Source of the DNA: a virus
Taxonomy: Duplodnaviria; Caudoviricetes
Strand: one strand, 5' to 3'
Length of the DNA stretch: 35,449 nt
IMG/VR virus record: IMGVR_UViG_3300029171_000165
Span: 1-35,449 of that record
Position numbers and translations under genes: made by a program. Every line of letters starts with the position of its first letter. Position 1 is the first letter of the stretch. Below, piece by piece: positions 34,981 through 35,449 of the stretch. Under the pieces are notes generated by a model that saw only the letters and a list, made by a program, of their open reading frames with translations, did no database searches and was not told where the DNA came from.

Positions 34981-35449
34981 TTTTTCACCTTTGCATTCAA
35001 GCCATTCATGGCAAAATCAAAGTGTTGCGCGGGCAGATCGCCAAGGTCATCGGTAGCAAGCCGCTTTTGGCTTTTCAGATACGCGATGAAAGCGTCTTTA
35101 TCCGCAGCCACTTCGCTTATTTTCCGGAGCAACTCGTCATATTGCTTGACGCTGATAGGGTATGAAGTTCCGGCCTTGACGCCGTCATCATCCTCACCCC
35201 GAGTTGTGATGTTCAGCAAATCGAACGCGGCATATCGCTTGCCGTATGACTTTGAAGAACCGACCGCTTGCACGGCGTTTTTGCTTCCGCTATTATCGAG
35301 GGGCAAAGGAACCTCAGTTGTTTCCTTGTGACCGTCGCGGTGCGCCAAAATGCCAATGGTGATTTGCTGGTCAGCCTCGCGCCGCCCCTTGAACGATAAG
35401 GAGAAACCATACTTAGCCAGGATAGGCCGAATTTCCTCGTTTATGTCTT
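34977..35449 (-). CDS. ERF-family ssDNA annealing protein, 5' end truncated by window
   Basis: Frame open to the edge: DINEEIRPILAKYGFSLSF..LAHRDGH..QAVGSSKSYGKRY..GEDDDG; adjacent to the exonuclease. Confidence 0.9.
   Translation of the reverse strand, partial: DINEEIRPILAKYGFSLSFKGRREADQQITIGILAHRDGHKETTEVPLPLDNSGSKNAVQAVGSSKSYGKRYAAFDLLNITTRGEDDDGVKAGTSYPISVKQYDELLRKISEVAADKDAFIAYLKSQKRLATDDLGDLPAQHFDFAMNGLNAKVKK

Noticed and set aside
34016-35331. 200- and 208-aa plus-strand ORFs
   Set aside because: Antisense to well-supported HTH, exonuclease and ERF genes.

Overview
This window is about 35 kb of a tailed dsDNA phage (or prophage) with a P22-like podovirus layout; a proteobacterial host is likely but cannot be established here. 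The + strand (1-28388) carries a truncated DUF6745-like gene with a 12-bp tandem repeat, small accessory genes, terS/terL, portal, a GroES co-chaperonin, scaffold, capsid genes, adaptor, an appendage module, a gp10-like tail hub, an Asp/Asn beta-hydroxylase + GNAT pair, DNA-ejection proteins, a lytic transglycosylase, a tailspike and a lysis cassette. Five free-standing HNH/His-Me endonuclease genes sit at late-gene junctions. The - strand (28727-35449) carries early genes: ERF (truncated), a YqaJ exonuclease, HTH, Ref/DUF968-like, DUF1367-like, Lar-like and many small hypotheticals. The most notable signals are: (1) an orphan Shine-Dalgarno + GNRA hairpin + UUU-C site at 21164-21197 that would allow a +1 frameshift fusing an ejection protein to the transglycosylase; (2) a ~300-nt promoter-preceded, highly base-paired non-coding region between the convergent operons; (3) a 27-bp palindromic motif present twice in the late region; (4) HNH cassettes that appear to take over start codons; (5) a small Pro-rich peptide + membrane protein unit ahead of the lysis genes. 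All family calls are by eye from motifs and synteny; no searches were run.
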